Source: Archangium sp.
GTDB taxonomy: Bacteria > Myxococcota > Myxococcia > Myxococcales > Myxococcaceae
Length of the DNA stretch: 64,000 bases
Direction of reading: 5' to 3'
Assembly (NCBI GenBank): GCA_046595925.1
Contig: JBKJSE010000164.1
Coordinates: 15,260-79,259 of the forward strand
Part shown: piece by piece, positions 17,901-26,571 of the stretch
How the letters are laid out: each line of letters opens with the position of its first letter
How positions within the stretch are numbered: position 1 is the first letter of the stretch
Translations under genes and position numbers: made by a program
The notes under the pieces: model-generated
Seen by the model: only the letters and a program-made list of their open reading frames with translations
Told to the model about the DNA's origin: nothing
Database searches by the model: none

Positions 17901-19553
17901 CACCGACATCACCGACATCCACCGCTGGAAGAGGCGCAAGTGCTGACGCGACAACGCGGCGTCGATGGGCTGCCCGCCCCCGAACGCCCGAAGCCGGTCG
18001 GTCTCGGTCGCGTAGCCCAGCGCGGTGACGGCGCGGGCGCGGTTGACGCACCCACCCGGCGTGCTCGCGTCAGAGAACGCAGGCGCACCTGAGAGGTCGA
18101 GCGCTGCCACGCAGTTGGTGAGGTACTCGCCGCGGTTCTGCAGGAACCCCGTGTCGAGGCCGAACGCCTTCTGCGGTACCGGCGCGCCGCCCACGTTGCA
18201 GGCCAGGTCTCCGGGTCCTGAGAGCGAGGCCAGCGTGGTGAGGAAAGAGGTCACCGGCGTGCCGGTGGTCGAGCACACCGAGGCCGTCACGCGCTGCAGC
18301 GCGGTCAGGGCGCTGTAGTCACCCAGCGCCGCGCGCCCCGCCGTCTCGTCGTCGAAGCGGGTGTTGGCGCGGCTGTCGGGCGGCGTGACGGCGGCGGTGC
18401 GCACGGTGGGCGGGGTGCTTGCGGCGGGGAGATCGCCGCTGCGCACCAGCGTCAGGCGCCAGCGCACGAAGGGCGCGCTCGCCACCGGCGCGATGCCCTC
18501 GAAGGTGACCACGAAGTCACCGTCGAGCAGGCCGTCGCGAAAAGTGGCATCGTCCATCGCGGCGGCTGCGTGCACGTCGAGCTGCGCGCCCGTCACCGTC
18601 GGCACGTCTTCGCCCAGGTACTGCGTGCTGGGCATCAGCAGCTGCCACTCATTGGTGCCGCTGCGCAGCCCGAGGGTGGCGGTCGCGCCCGGGGGGAAGA
18701 CCGTCATTCTCTTGTCGGTCAGTCGCAGCGTGTAGACGCCGTTGACGGGCGGGTAGATCTCAGCGCTCACGGGCAGCTCGAGGCGGGTGAGCTCGGGGGG
18801 CAGGGTGTCCATCGTGGTGCGCGCGCGCAGCCCCGCGCCGACCAGCTGCGCGCTGCCGCGGTAGGTGCCGAAGCGGGGTACTGCGGGGCCTGCGACTTCT
18901 CCCCTCAGCGCCACCCCCACCGTGAGGTGCTGGCCCTCGGCGAAGAGGTCGAGGGCCTTGCGTACCGTCGTGCTGGGGAAGGCCCCCGCCGTTCGCACCC
19001 GCACCGCCGACAGCGTGGCGCCCGCCACCAGGGTCTCGAAGGTGCACTCGCTGCCGAACGCGGCGGTCTCTCCACACGCCACCTCGAGGCCCGCCTCGGC
19101 AGCCAGGCGCACGCGCGCGAGGTCGAGGGTCTTCGCGCCCACCCCGAGCGTCTCGACGTTGGTGGGACCGAAGAGCTCGAGGTCCTGGCGATCGATGATC
19201 AGCGCCCCGCGCGGCAGCCCGCTGACCGGGTTGGGCAGGTTGGCGCGCGCGCTCGACACGCAGCGCCCGAACGAATCACACACGCCCTGGGCGCACTCCA
19301 CGTTGAGCGCGCACGCGCTGGTGCATCGGCCCCGGTCGCAGCCGGTGCCGCAGCCGCAGTTCTCGTCGCGGGTGCAGCGCGCAGGTGAGCCCGCCGTCTC
19401 GAGCCGCACGCACGTGCCCGCCCAGGCGGGGCCAGCGTCGACTTCTTCGACGGGCACTTCTTGCGCCGCGTCGGGGACCTGAGGGGTGATGGCGGGGCAG
19501 GCGCTGAACGACACGAGCACGCCCAGCGAGCACAGCAGCGCAAGGGGCTTCAT
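14955..19553 (-). CDS. giant lipoprotein (1532 aa), function unknown: Cys-knot N-terminus, long helical region, beta-rich C-terminus
   Basis: Lipobox MKPLALLCSLGVLVSFSAC and good codon bias throughout. Starts 1 nt after the stop of the upstream gene. Confidence 0.85.
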   Translation of the reverse strand: MKPLALLCSLGVLVSFSACPAITPQVPDAAQEVPVEEVDAGPAWAGTCVRLETAGSPARCTRDENCGCGTGCDRGRCTSACALNVECAQGVCDSFGRCVSSARANLPNPVSGLPRGALIIDRQDLELFGPTNVETLGVGAKTLDLARVRLAAEAGLEVACGETAAFGSECTFETLVAGATLSAVRVRTAGAFPSTTVRKALDLFAEGQHLTVGVALRGEVAGPAVPRFGTYRGSAQLVGAGLRARTTMDTLPPELTRLELPVSAEIYPPVNGVYTLRLTDKRMTVFPPGATATLGLRSGTNEWQLLMPSTQYLGEDVPTVTGAQLDVHAAAAMDDATFRDGLLDGDFVVTFEGIAPVASAPFVRWRLTLVRSGDLPAASTPPTVRTAAVTPPDSRANTRFDDETAGRAALGDYSALTALQRVTASVCSTTGTPVTSFLTTLASLSGPGDLACNVGGAPVPQKAFGLDTGFLQNRGEYLTNCVAALDLSGAPAFSDASTPGGCVNRARAVTALGYATETDRLRAFGGGQPIDAALSRQHLRLFQRWMSVMSVVAMEPRRLNTLAPLLPAGSTTDKLRQYSDWQLVFTSLQRSVNGWDLLLHPRFGAALMATPGDALAVPDYRQAYGSTSTFPLGEQGVGLPVTMLFTLSQQLTGMQGLIDDLLYVRSPVDQVQPVAASLARFLPRSVVIFAAAQGLRDAARSGGTPAWELQWQASRSAWGTATARLLQQLDYLDQGKNPLGIEDGDLPLYRLGDQQGTTRRFSAVSDALLGREDLLDPAIAPTLLEQARQSELLARASITSILQRDLVTQQENAASSRRVEDIKRFYGDQISSLCGDYNSFTVLDVSPPPDADSCYLAPGCRAEGVDYADRLNIADVGYQICMAQNLRQRFGTAITTGDAALDAQLDALPVVPYDATKPFFSSSFESSLVRGFEQGYNGVPVPELRIPSGIDSAAVASVESLCGSMRAASLGARPTITPTSCQSTDECPNGLICRSSVHTCVPDDVIPDPACYRGSLGDAALAVMGAATEVDIARAELEEFSERYDGAMRGCFILQQGNAAIEGAITQHNSTMSSLSNAKFAADQTAKIAQKARDLFSLENPWQWVGSLIFGAVQQVAESTADTLGLRMEEVGRQHELTVTRLEGQTALRQCINEAEIELVGARSASLRIRRQAQALSQTLVQFNNLKASLQGALDDGHSSIEAEAYRKVAVAQVDFWLDSNLDLHTQRMRRARRALYLAILATEYEFQFTSVERGKALSAKTTAELEEALRRVRDLVRRGAPSGGGNPTQLITVLSLKSNLLQLANRQTASPGGQQLDETQRLQRLLTAPQYAVYGPEGRYLGQEFPFSLQPLAALGLGDTGAVPLLSGLNCSERVWSINASVLGEGLMVGTNTSIVTLQLRKRNTFASQRCSGGGELQSATTRPSQNLFVDPYSANTWGNDSVLASLTDTRETSTYSFATVQARTNVAQRELERLDYQDGQSTALAGRGVFGDYTLFIPATTQSLQGSAGLQLDKVEDVLIRLDYVAAELR

Positions 19554-19554
19554 C

Positions 19555-21780
19555 TCAGCACCCCTTCCTGACTTCGTTGCCGCCCGTCGCGCCGGGTTGC
19601 GCCGGCGCGGTCGCGGTGCCAGCCGCGCCCGGCGTGCCGACGTTCACGGTCGCGCCAGCCGCCGACGGAACCGCGCCCCCGACGCAGTAGATGCCCACCG
19701 AGTCACCGCCCGCAGCGCCGCCTGCCGAGCCGCCGTTGCCGCCGTTGCCGCCGCGCCCGCCCGCGCCGCCGCACTTGCCCTGGTAGCTGGGGTTGGAGGT
19801 GACGGGGCAAAGCGCGGCGGTGGTGGTCTCGCCGTTGCCGCCCGTGCCCCCGGTGCCTCCAGCGCCACCAGTGCCGCCGCGCCCGCCATTGCCGGCGGTG
19901 ACGCGCACGCTGGCCGTCACTGAAAAGCCCGATGAGTTGACGACGAGCAGACCGATGGAAAGTCCTCCCGGCCCTGCGAAGAGCCCGCGCTCACCCGCGC
20001 AGCCCGGCGCACCGCCACCGCCACCCGGACCGCCCCAGTCGGGCGAGTTGAAGCAGGAATCGGTGTACCCGCCGCCCGCGCCACCGCCGCCCCCGAAGGT
20101 GCCGATGCTTCCAGGCAAACCGGGGTTTGAGAAGCCGCCGACGAGAGTCCCTGCCGCCGAGATGGTGACGCGAATACCGGGCATGCCGCTGGCGCCCGCA
20201 CCGCCGGTCACCCCGTTTCCACCAAAGCCGCCGGCGGTCACCGCGGTCGACGTGCCGCCACAAGCCCCCATGCCGTCGATGCCCGTGCCGCGGGTGCCAC
20301 CGGGCGTTGTGGCCGTGGCGCCGTTGCCCGCATTGCCCACCGGGGGCGAGAACGAGATTCGGTCCTTGCCGCCGCGCCCACAGTCATTGCCCAGCTGGCC
20401 CGCGATGGCGGTGTTGACCGTGCACACCTGCGGCTGGCCGTTGCAGCTGACCGTCCCCGGTGTGCGCCCCGACGCGTTGCCACCGGGCGCGCCCGAAGCG
20501 CCTGAAGCGCCGTCGACGCCCGCGCCCGCGTTGCCGGCCACGATGATGACGTCGTCGAGCCTCAGGCCTGGCGAGTTCAGGACCAGGAAGCCCAGGTTGC
20601 TCGAGCCGCGGCCGCTCAGGTTGGCGGTGGTGTTGGCGGTGCGCACCTCGACGTGACGCACGATGGCGGAAAGCGAGACCCCGCTGGCCGTAGCGCCGAC
20701 CAACCGGTTGTTCGCATCGACCGGGGTATTGGGAATGTTCCAGACGGGGCGCTTGCTCGCGTCGGGCACGAAGAAGGGCGAGACCCCGAAGCCGCCGTAG
20801 ATCGACACGCCGTTGGGCACGACGAGCGGGTCCGTGAAGACGGCGTTGCCGCCGATGACGATGCCCCGCGCGCCCCGCGCCGCCGCCGCGGTCGCCGCAG
20901 CGGGGAAGGTGACGAAGGGCCGCATTCGGCTGCCGTCGCTGCTGCCGGTGTACGCAGGGTCGACGTAGATGAAGGTCGAGGCCGAGACGGTCGAGTCGCA
21001 CTCCACCACCCCCGCATCGGCGACGGGAATGGCCAGGTCCGCGCAGGTGTAGCGGTCGGTGGCGCTCTCGCAGCTCTGGGTGCCGAGCAGGCAGGTGCCG
21101 CAGCCCACCCGGGGCGGGGCGACGCAGCGGTTGGCGTAGACCACCGTGCCGTTCATCACCATCGGAGACGGATCGCAGTAGGCCTCGACGCCCGCGCAGA
21201 TGCCGCCCCCGCACGCGTACAGCTTGTCTTCACAGCCCGCGTCGGCGTCGGTGCACACCCGCCCGCAGCCGGGCCCCGAGCACGAGGGCGTGGGGGTGCA
21301 GGTCGCGCTGCCCGCGTCGGGTTGAGCGCACGTGGCGGGCACGTAGCGGCACTGAAAGTCGACGCAGCCCGAGAGCGTCATGCAGGGCCGCGAGGCGCAC
21401 GCGGTCTCGAAGTTCTGCTCGGTGCACGCGCAGGTGGCGGTGCAGGTGATCATCGCGCCACATTCGTCGGAGAAGACGCCGCAGCCCAACCCCGCGCAGG
21501 TGCGCGGCGTGCAGCCGGCGTCGACCTCGCCCCCGCCACCACCACCACCGGTCGCGCCACCACCAGCGCCACCACCTCCGCCCATCGTCCCGCCGCCCCC
21601 TCCGGTCGCGCCGCCACCACCTCCACTGCCGGCGTCGGTCGAGCCCGAGACGCACCTGCTCGCGCTACAGACCTCGCCGGGTGCGCAGTCGGAGTCAGAG
21701 CCACACGCGGTGGACGTGGGAGGCGATTCACAAGCGCACAGCAGACTCAGCGCGAAGAAGGCGAAGGAAGAGCGGGTCAT
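19555..21780 (-). CDS. lipoprotein with a Cys-rich region, a DUF1565-like right-handed beta-helix and PGRS-like Gly-rich repeats (741 aa)
   Basis: Lipobox FFALSLLCAC and a poly-Gly tether. FIYVDPAYTGSSDGSRMRPFVTFPAA..GIVIGG resembles a beta-helix N-cap. The C-terminal half is GGxGGxGG-rich. Confidence 0.85.
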   Translation of the reverse strand: MTRSSFAFFALSLLCACESPPTSTACGSDSDCAPGEVCSASRCVSGSTDAGSGGGGGATGGGGGTMGGGGGAGGGATGGGGGGGEVDAGCTPRTCAGLGCGVFSDECGAMITCTATCACTEQNFETACASRPCMTLSGCVDFQCRYVPATCAQPDAGSATCTPTPSCSGPGCGRVCTDADAGCEDKLYACGGGICAGVEAYCDPSPMVMNGTVVYANRCVAPPRVGCGTCLLGTQSCESATDRYTCADLAIPVADAGVVECDSTVSASTFIYVDPAYTGSSDGSRMRPFVTFPAAATAAAARGARGIVIGGNAVFTDPLVVPNGVSIYGGFGVSPFFVPDASKRPVWNIPNTPVDANNRLVGATASGVSLSAIVRHVEVRTANTTANLSGRGSSNLGFLVLNSPGLRLDDVIIVAGNAGAGVDGASGASGAPGGNASGRTPGTVSCNGQPQVCTVNTAIAGQLGNDCGRGGKDRISFSPPVGNAGNGATATTPGGTRGTGIDGMGACGGTSTAVTAGGFGGNGVTGGAGASGMPGIRVTISAAGTLVGGFSNPGLPGSIGTFGGGGGAGGGYTDSCFNSPDWGGPGGGGGAPGCAGERGLFAGPGGLSIGLLVVNSSGFSVTASVRVTAGNGGRGGTGGAGGTGGTGGNGETTTAALCPVTSNPSYQGKCGGAGGRGGNGGNGGSAGGAAGGDSVGIYCVGGAVPSAAGATVNVGTPGAAGTATAPAQPGATGGNEVRKGC

Positions 21781-21879
21781 GGAGCGGCAGTATTTCGCGC
21801 GAAGAACGCGCGCCGCATCTGATGAACGTCATACGGCCTGAGCGGAGCTCACCCTCCAGCGCGGGCACGTGAACCGCGG

Positions 21880-22578
21880 TCACTCCACCGGGCAGGGGTA
21901 CTCGACCTCGACCTCAGCGTCGGCCTTCACCGCGATGGTCTGAATCGGACCCGCGACCGTGTTGCCCGCTGCGTCGTAACAATCGAACCGCACCTTGTGA
22001 TTGCCGACCTTCGCCTTGATGCCCATCAGCGGCGAGCCGCCGAGCTTCTTCCCGTCGAGGTACACGTCGGCGGTGTCGGTGGCGCGCAGGTTGAGCATGC
22101 CCTCTGCGGGAGCCGCCTTCGGAGCAGCAGCAACAGGCTCGGGCTTCGGCGCGACCGGCTCAGGTTTCACAGCGACCGGCTCAGGTTTCACAGCCACGGG
22201 CTCAGGCGCTTTGACCACCGGTGCGGGCTTCGCGACGACAGGCGCAGGCTTCGCGACGACAGGCTCAGGCTTCGCGACGACGGGCTCGGGCTTCGCAGCA
22301 ACCGGCTCAGGCTTGGCGACCACGGGCTCCGGCTTCGCAGCGACAGGCTCAGGATCCGCGGCCACGGGCTCCGGCGTCTTCACGGCGTCCGGCATCTTCG
22401 GAAGCGCAGCGCTCGCCAGCATCTCGGGGAACTGACGAAGCGCAATCTGCGGCGCGGTCCGGGGCGTGGCCTCGTACGGCGCGCCTCCACTGACCACCGC
22501 CATGCCGAGGGCGCCCGCACTGCCGAGCCCGAAAATCACCACGAAGATCCATTTCACTGCGGCCACGTCGTCCTCCAC
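21880..22578 (-). CDS. membrane-anchored protein with KPEPVAA repeats and a C-terminal PEGA-like domain (232 aa)
   Basis: GTG start, TM helix WIFVVIFGLGSAGALGMAVV, a heptad repeat region and a C-terminal LNLRATDTADVYLDGKKLGGSPL..GNHKVRF (PEGA pattern). Confidence 0.75.
   Translation of the reverse strand: MEDDVAAVKWIFVVIFGLGSAGALGMAVVSGGAPYEATPRTAPQIALRQFPEMLASAALPKMPDAVKTPEPVAADPEPVAAKPEPVVAKPEPVAAKPEPVVAKPEPVVAKPAPVVAKPAPVVKAPEPVAVKPEPVAVKPEPVAPKPEPVAAAPKAAPAEGMLNLRATDTADVYLDGKKLGGSPLMGIKAKVGNHKVRFDCYDAAGNTVAGPIQTIAVKADAEVEVEYPCPVE
22132..22378 (-). repeat. ~21-nt tandem repeat (about 11 units) encoding (K/A)PEPV(A/V)A heptads
   Basis: Visible periodicity of ggctcaggcttcgcgacgaca-type units. 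Confidence 0.8.
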
Positions 22579-22646
22579 TGTTTCTGTAGCGTGCCCCTGA
22601 GTCCGTCCCTATAGGGCAACCGCTTCACCACTTTGGGAGATTACAC

Positions 22647-23606
22647 ATGTTTCTGTCGCTCGCCCTCTCCGCCGTCCTCGCGCAGTCAGATGCCGCTGCC
22701 GCCACGCCCGTTCCCACGGAGCTGAGCGCGGCTGAGCGCTCGGCTGCCGCCGCCGAGAAGGCCGCCGCTGCAGCGCAGCTGGCCGCCGAAGCCGCGATGC
22801 GCATCGCCGAGGCCGTCGCGGGTCCCCTGCCCTCGACCGCCGCCGCTGCGGCCGCCGACCCGAAGAAGGACCTGTGGATCGGCAACGTGGGTGTCGGCCT
22901 CACCTTCATCACCGGCAACAGCCAGACGCTGACGGTGACCGGCAGCGCCGCCGCGGATCGCAAGTGGGAGAAGTGGTCGCTGGGCATTCGCGCCAACGGT
23001 GCGTACGGCCTGGCGAACCCCGACACCAACGCGGGCGCCGCGTCTTCCATCACCGCGCGCCGCGCCGTGGGCACCGTGCGCCTCGACCGCACCCTGGGCG
23101 ACAGCTTCGCCGCGCTCTTCGGCCTCGTGGGCTCGGAGTTCGATCACATGAAGAACATCGAGTCGCGCACCATCGGTGAGCTCGGCGCCGGCCTGACCTT
23201 CTTCAACAAGAAGGAAGGCGACCTCGAGAAGTTCTACCTGCGCCTCGACCTCGCGATGCGCGCTGGTTACGAGACCCGCTTCCAGTACTTCCCCGTGCCT
23301 GCCTCGGTGACCGATTACGGCATCGTCATTCTCGCGCCGCGCGCCGCCATCACCCTGCGCTGGAGCTTCTCGAAGGACGTGCGCATCACCGAAGAGCTCG
23401 AGTTCGTGCCCTTCCTGCTCGCGCCCACCCTCGGCCGCCTGCTGATCAACAACAACACCAAGCTCAGCGCCCGCCTCACCGACAACCTCTCGCTGAACAC
23501 CGCGGTGCTGGTGAACTTCGACTCGATGCCCCCCCAGGGCTCGGGCGGCCTGACCCGCAAGGAGACCGACGTCGCCTTGACCGTCGGCCTCGAAGCGAAC
23601 TTCTAG
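22647..23606 (+). CDS. DUF481-family outer-membrane beta-barrel protein
   Basis: Signal peptide, an Ala-rich linker, alternating beta-strand pattern and a terminal ...VGLEANF. GGGAGA Shine-Dalgarno 7 nt upstream of the ATG. Confidence 0.8.
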   Translation: MFLSLALSAVLAQSDAAAATPVPTELSAAERSAAAAEKAAAAAQLAAEAAMRIAEAVAGPLPSTAAAAAADPKKDLWIGNVGVGLTFITGNSQTLTVTGSAAADRKWEKWSLGIRANGAYGLANPDTNAGAASSITARRAVGTVRLDRTLGDSFAALFGLVGSEFDHMKNIESRTIGELGAGLTFFNKKEGDLEKFYLRLDLAMRAGYETRFQYFPVPASVTDYGIVILAPRAAITLRWSFSKDVRITEELEFVPFLLAPTLGRLLINNNTKLSARLTDNLSLNTAVLVNFDSMPPQGSGGLTRKETDVALTVGLEANF

Positions 23607-24193
23607 GAAACGGCGCGCAGCTTCACCGGCGTGGCCGACGGCATCACGGGGGCTTTGCGGCCCTCCTTCAGGCCCGCCCACATGCGCGAGAGCAGGCCGC
23701 CCTTCGCGCCTGCCGGCAGCGCCCCGCTCGGATCTTCGGCGTAAGGCTTGCGGGTCTTCATCACGTAGTCGAACCACGGGTGCGTCACGCACCAGTTGGC
23801 GTTCTGGTCTTTGCCCATGTGGTGGTCGACGTGCCACGGCATGTTCTCGCGCGCCCACGCGGGGTCGAGGTGGCTCTTCTTGTGAATCCGGTAGTACCGG
23901 AGCATCGAGAACCACACCGTGCCCGCGAAGAACGGCGCGACGGGGAAGAGCGGAATCGTGGCCACCGCCCCGAGCGCGAGCGCCAGCGCTTCTTTGCCCT
24001 GAGGTGACCAGGTGAAGAGGCTGCGCGTGTACTGCGGATCCCTCATGTCGTTCTTGAACGCTTCACGGTGATGCTCGTGCCAGTGAAAAGCCCAGAAGCT
24101 TTTGCGGTCGCGGCCCAGGCCGTGAAGCATGTGCTTGTGAAGGAACCACTCTCCAGCGTTCGACGCGGCCAGACCCAGCGGGATACCCAACAT
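23603..24193 (-). CDS. fatty-acid hydroxylase / sterol desaturase superfamily membrane protein
   Basis: His boxes HKHMLH, HWHEHH and HVDHH, plus TM segments. Confidence 0.75.
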   Translation of the reverse strand: MLGIPLGLAASNAGEWFLHKHMLHGLGRDRKSFWAFHWHEHHREAFKNDMRDPQYTRSLFTWSPQGKEALALALGAVATIPLFPVAPFFAGTVWFSMLRYYRIHKKSHLDPAWARENMPWHVDHHMGKDQNANWCVTHPWFDYVMKTRKPYAEDPSGALPAGAKGGLLSRMWAGLKEGRKAPVMPSATPVKLRAVS

Positions 24194-24245
24194 GATGTGC
24201 CTCCTCGAGATGAGGCGGCAATTATGACCGAACGGTCACCTCATC

Positions 24246-24782
24246 TCAAGCCCACTTCACCTCATAAAAGGTGCCGAGGTCCTTGGTCTCCAGAACGGTG
24301 ACGCTCAGGTCCTTCGCGCCGGCGTGGGCGCAGCCCGACTCGATGAGACCCAGGTAGAAGCCGGGCCGGGCAGTCCAGTTGATGTGGACCTTGTGGTGAT
24401 TGGGGGCGAGCGACTCGAAGGTGCCGACGGTGAAGTTGTTGGCGCTGCGGAAGTTGCGGGTGAGGCGATCGAGCGTGCGGCGCGGGCCGATCACCTTGAG
24501 CAGCCCGAGCAGCGCCGAGCCCATCAGCGTCTTGCTGAAGCCCTGAAAGAAGACGCGGCCGACCTCGGAGTAGCGCTCGAGCTCGGGCAGATGCGCGAAG
24601 CGGCTGGCGGCGGACGCATCGAGAATGTCGAGCCACGCCCCGATGGGATAGCCCGCGTCGAAGTGGTCCCCGGTCTTCACGCCGGCCTTCAAGAAGGCGG
24701 CGCGCTCCTGCGGGGTGTGCGGGGTGAGCGCCCGGTAGATGCCTTCCATCGACTGCGCGAAGACCACCTTCTCGGAGCTCAT
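24246..24782 (-). CDS. DUF2378 / TIGR02265-like myxobacterial paralogous-family protein
   Basis: Overall similarity, recalled from memory, to the Myxococcus TIGR02265 family (..FAQSMEGIYRAL..., ..INWTARPGFYLGLIES..). Start at ATG 24782; an alternative ATG lies at 24812. Confidence 0.65.
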   Translation of the reverse strand: MSSEKVVFAQSMEGIYRALTPHTPQERAAFLKAGVKTGDHFDAGYPIGAWLDILDASAASRFAHLPELERYSEVGRVFFQGFSKTLMGSALLGLLKVIGPRRTLDRLTRNFRSANNFTVGTFESLAPNHHKVHINWTARPGFYLGLIESGCAHAGAKDLSVTVLETKDLGTFYEVKWA

Positions 24783-24840
24783 GGCGACACCTCTATCGAA
24801 GGTCTCGAACAAAGGTGCAGTTCGATCGAGGCGGGTGAGC

Positions 24841-26421
24841 TTACCGGTACGGGGCGGCCACCGCCGGCGCCTCGATCAGTTGGGTAAGCCGCTCGAAGTC
24901 GACCGGCTTCACGGCGTGCGCGTCGAACCCGGCTTCGCGCGCCCTGACACGATCGCCGTCCTGACCGTAGCCGGTGAGCGCCACCAGCCTGAGCGGGGCG
25001 AGGTCGGTACGGCCACGCAGCGCCTTCGCCAACTCGTAGCCGTTCATCTTGGGCAACCCGATGTCGAGCAGCGCCACGTGGGGCCGGAAGTCCCCGACGA
25101 TCTGAAGCGCCGTGGCAGCCTCGTTGGCCTTCCTCGTCTCGTAGCCGAACAGCTCGAGCGCGGACGCCAGCAGGTCGGCGGCGTCTTCATTGTCGTCGAC
25201 CACCAGCACGCGTTTGCCGGCGGCCTTCGGGGTCACGAGCCTTTCCTGCGCAGGGGCCGGCGCTTGCGCGCGCAGGGCGATCGGCAGTCGAACGGTGAAG
25301 GTCGCGCCGTGGCCCGTCCCCTCGCTGGCCACGTCCACCCGTCCCCCGTGCAGTTGCACCAGGTGGCTCACGATGGCGAGCCCGAGCCCCAGCCCACCGC
25401 GGTCTCGGTTCAACGCCTGCGGGCCCTGAACGAAGCGCTCGAACACGCGCGGGAGCAAGTGCGGTGCGATGCCCATTCCGGTGTCGGTCACTTCGAGCAC
25501 CGCCTCGCCACCGACGCGTGTGCCAACCACCTTGATGCGCCCGCCCGAGGGGGTGTACCTGGCGGCGTTGGTCAGGATGTTGGCGAAGACCTGCGCCAGC
25601 CGGTGGGCGTCACCGTCGACCACCAGCCCGCGGGCCACCTCGGCACAGACCACGTGGCCGCGCTGCGTGATGAGCGGCCCCGCCAGCTCGAGGGCCCGGT
25701 CGATGACGTCGCCCAGCTCGAGCCGCTCGCAGGACAGCTCGGTCTTGCCGCCCGTGATGCGGGCGATGTCGAGCAGGTCGTCGACGAGAATGACGAGGTG
25801 ATTGACCTGCCGTTCGATGATGCTGCGCTCGGCCTCGAGCTGTCCTGCCCCGCGAAGCTTCATCAATTGCAGCGCCGTGGTGATGGGGGCCAGCGGGTTG
25901 CGGAGCTCGTGGCCGAGCATCGCCAGGAACTCGTCCTTGGTCCGGTTGGCGGCCTCTGCTGCCTGGCGCGCCTCGTCGAGCCTTCCGGCCGCGAGCTTCT
26001 CGGCGTGGATGTCTCGGTGGAGCCCCACCCACTCACGCAGTGAACCGTCGGGCCACAGGATGGGAACGGCGCGGATGGCAAACCAGACGTATTCCCCGTC
26101 GGCGCGGCGCAGCCGATGCTCGAAGAGGAAGGTCGACCGCTGCTCGACCGCCTTCTTCCAGGCCTCGATGGTGGCGGGGGCATCTTCGGGGTGCACGGCC
26201 TTCGACCAACCGTAGCCCCGGCACTCCGCGAGGGTCTGGCCCGTGTAGGCGCACCAGTCGGGCTGATCTCCGACCATCTCGCCGGCGGGGCTGTTCGTCC
26301 ACACGAGGTTGCCCGTGGCGCGCACCAGCGCCGCGTACCGGTTCCTCTCGTACTCGAGCAGGGCCGTCGTCGCGGGGTCGTCAGAACGGGCGGGATGTGA
26401 CGCGTTGGGCATGCGATGCAT
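24841..26421 (-). CDS. hybrid sensor histidine kinase (PAS - HisKA - HATPase_c - REC)
   Basis: H-box FLAMLGHELRNPL. N, G1 and G2 boxes (NILTNAARYT, DTGMGI, GGLGLGL). C-terminal receiver VLVVDDNED...LLDIGLPKMNG. Confidence 0.9.
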   Translation of the reverse strand: MHRMPNASHPARSDDPATTALLEYERNRYAALVRATGNLVWTNSPAGEMVGDQPDWCAYTGQTLAECRGYGWSKAVHPEDAPATIEAWKKAVEQRSTFLFEHRLRRADGEYVWFAIRAVPILWPDGSLREWVGLHRDIHAEKLAAGRLDEARQAAEAANRTKDEFLAMLGHELRNPLAPITTALQLMKLRGAGQLEAERSIIERQVNHLVILVDDLLDIARITGGKTELSCERLELGDVIDRALELAGPLITQRGHVVCAEVARGLVVDGDAHRLAQVFANILTNAARYTPSGGRIKVVGTRVGGEAVLEVTDTGMGIAPHLLPRVFERFVQGPQALNRDRGGLGLGLAIVSHLVQLHGGRVDVASEGTGHGATFTVRLPIALRAQAPAPAQERLVTPKAAGKRVLVVDDNEDAADLLASALELFGYETRKANEAATALQIVGDFRPHVALLDIGLPKMNGYELAKALRGRTDLAPLRLVALTGYGQDGDRVRAREAGFDAHAVKPVDFERLTQLIEAPAVAAPYR

Positions 26422-26571
26422 CGGTACCCTCTTCGGTGGACAATTTCATTTTTGCTCCTGAACGAACAGAGAGCTGACACGCACGGTGGCCGGCGCTGAC
26501 ACCCCGTGGACCTGGCGGCCAGAATCGACGATGAGGGGTCTGACGCTTCCGTCGCAGTGAAGTGAAGGTTC

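Noticed and set aside
22686-23915. 409-aa minus-strand ORF
   Set aside because: It is antisense to the DUF481 OMP gene and runs into the hydroxylase gene in another frame. No domains were recognised.
26470-26510. Direct repeat GCTGACAC-N14-GCTGACAC between the hybrid kinase gene and the carboxypeptidase gene
   Set aside because: It could be a response-regulator site, but it is a single short pair with no linked DNA-binding regulator. The evidence is insufficient.
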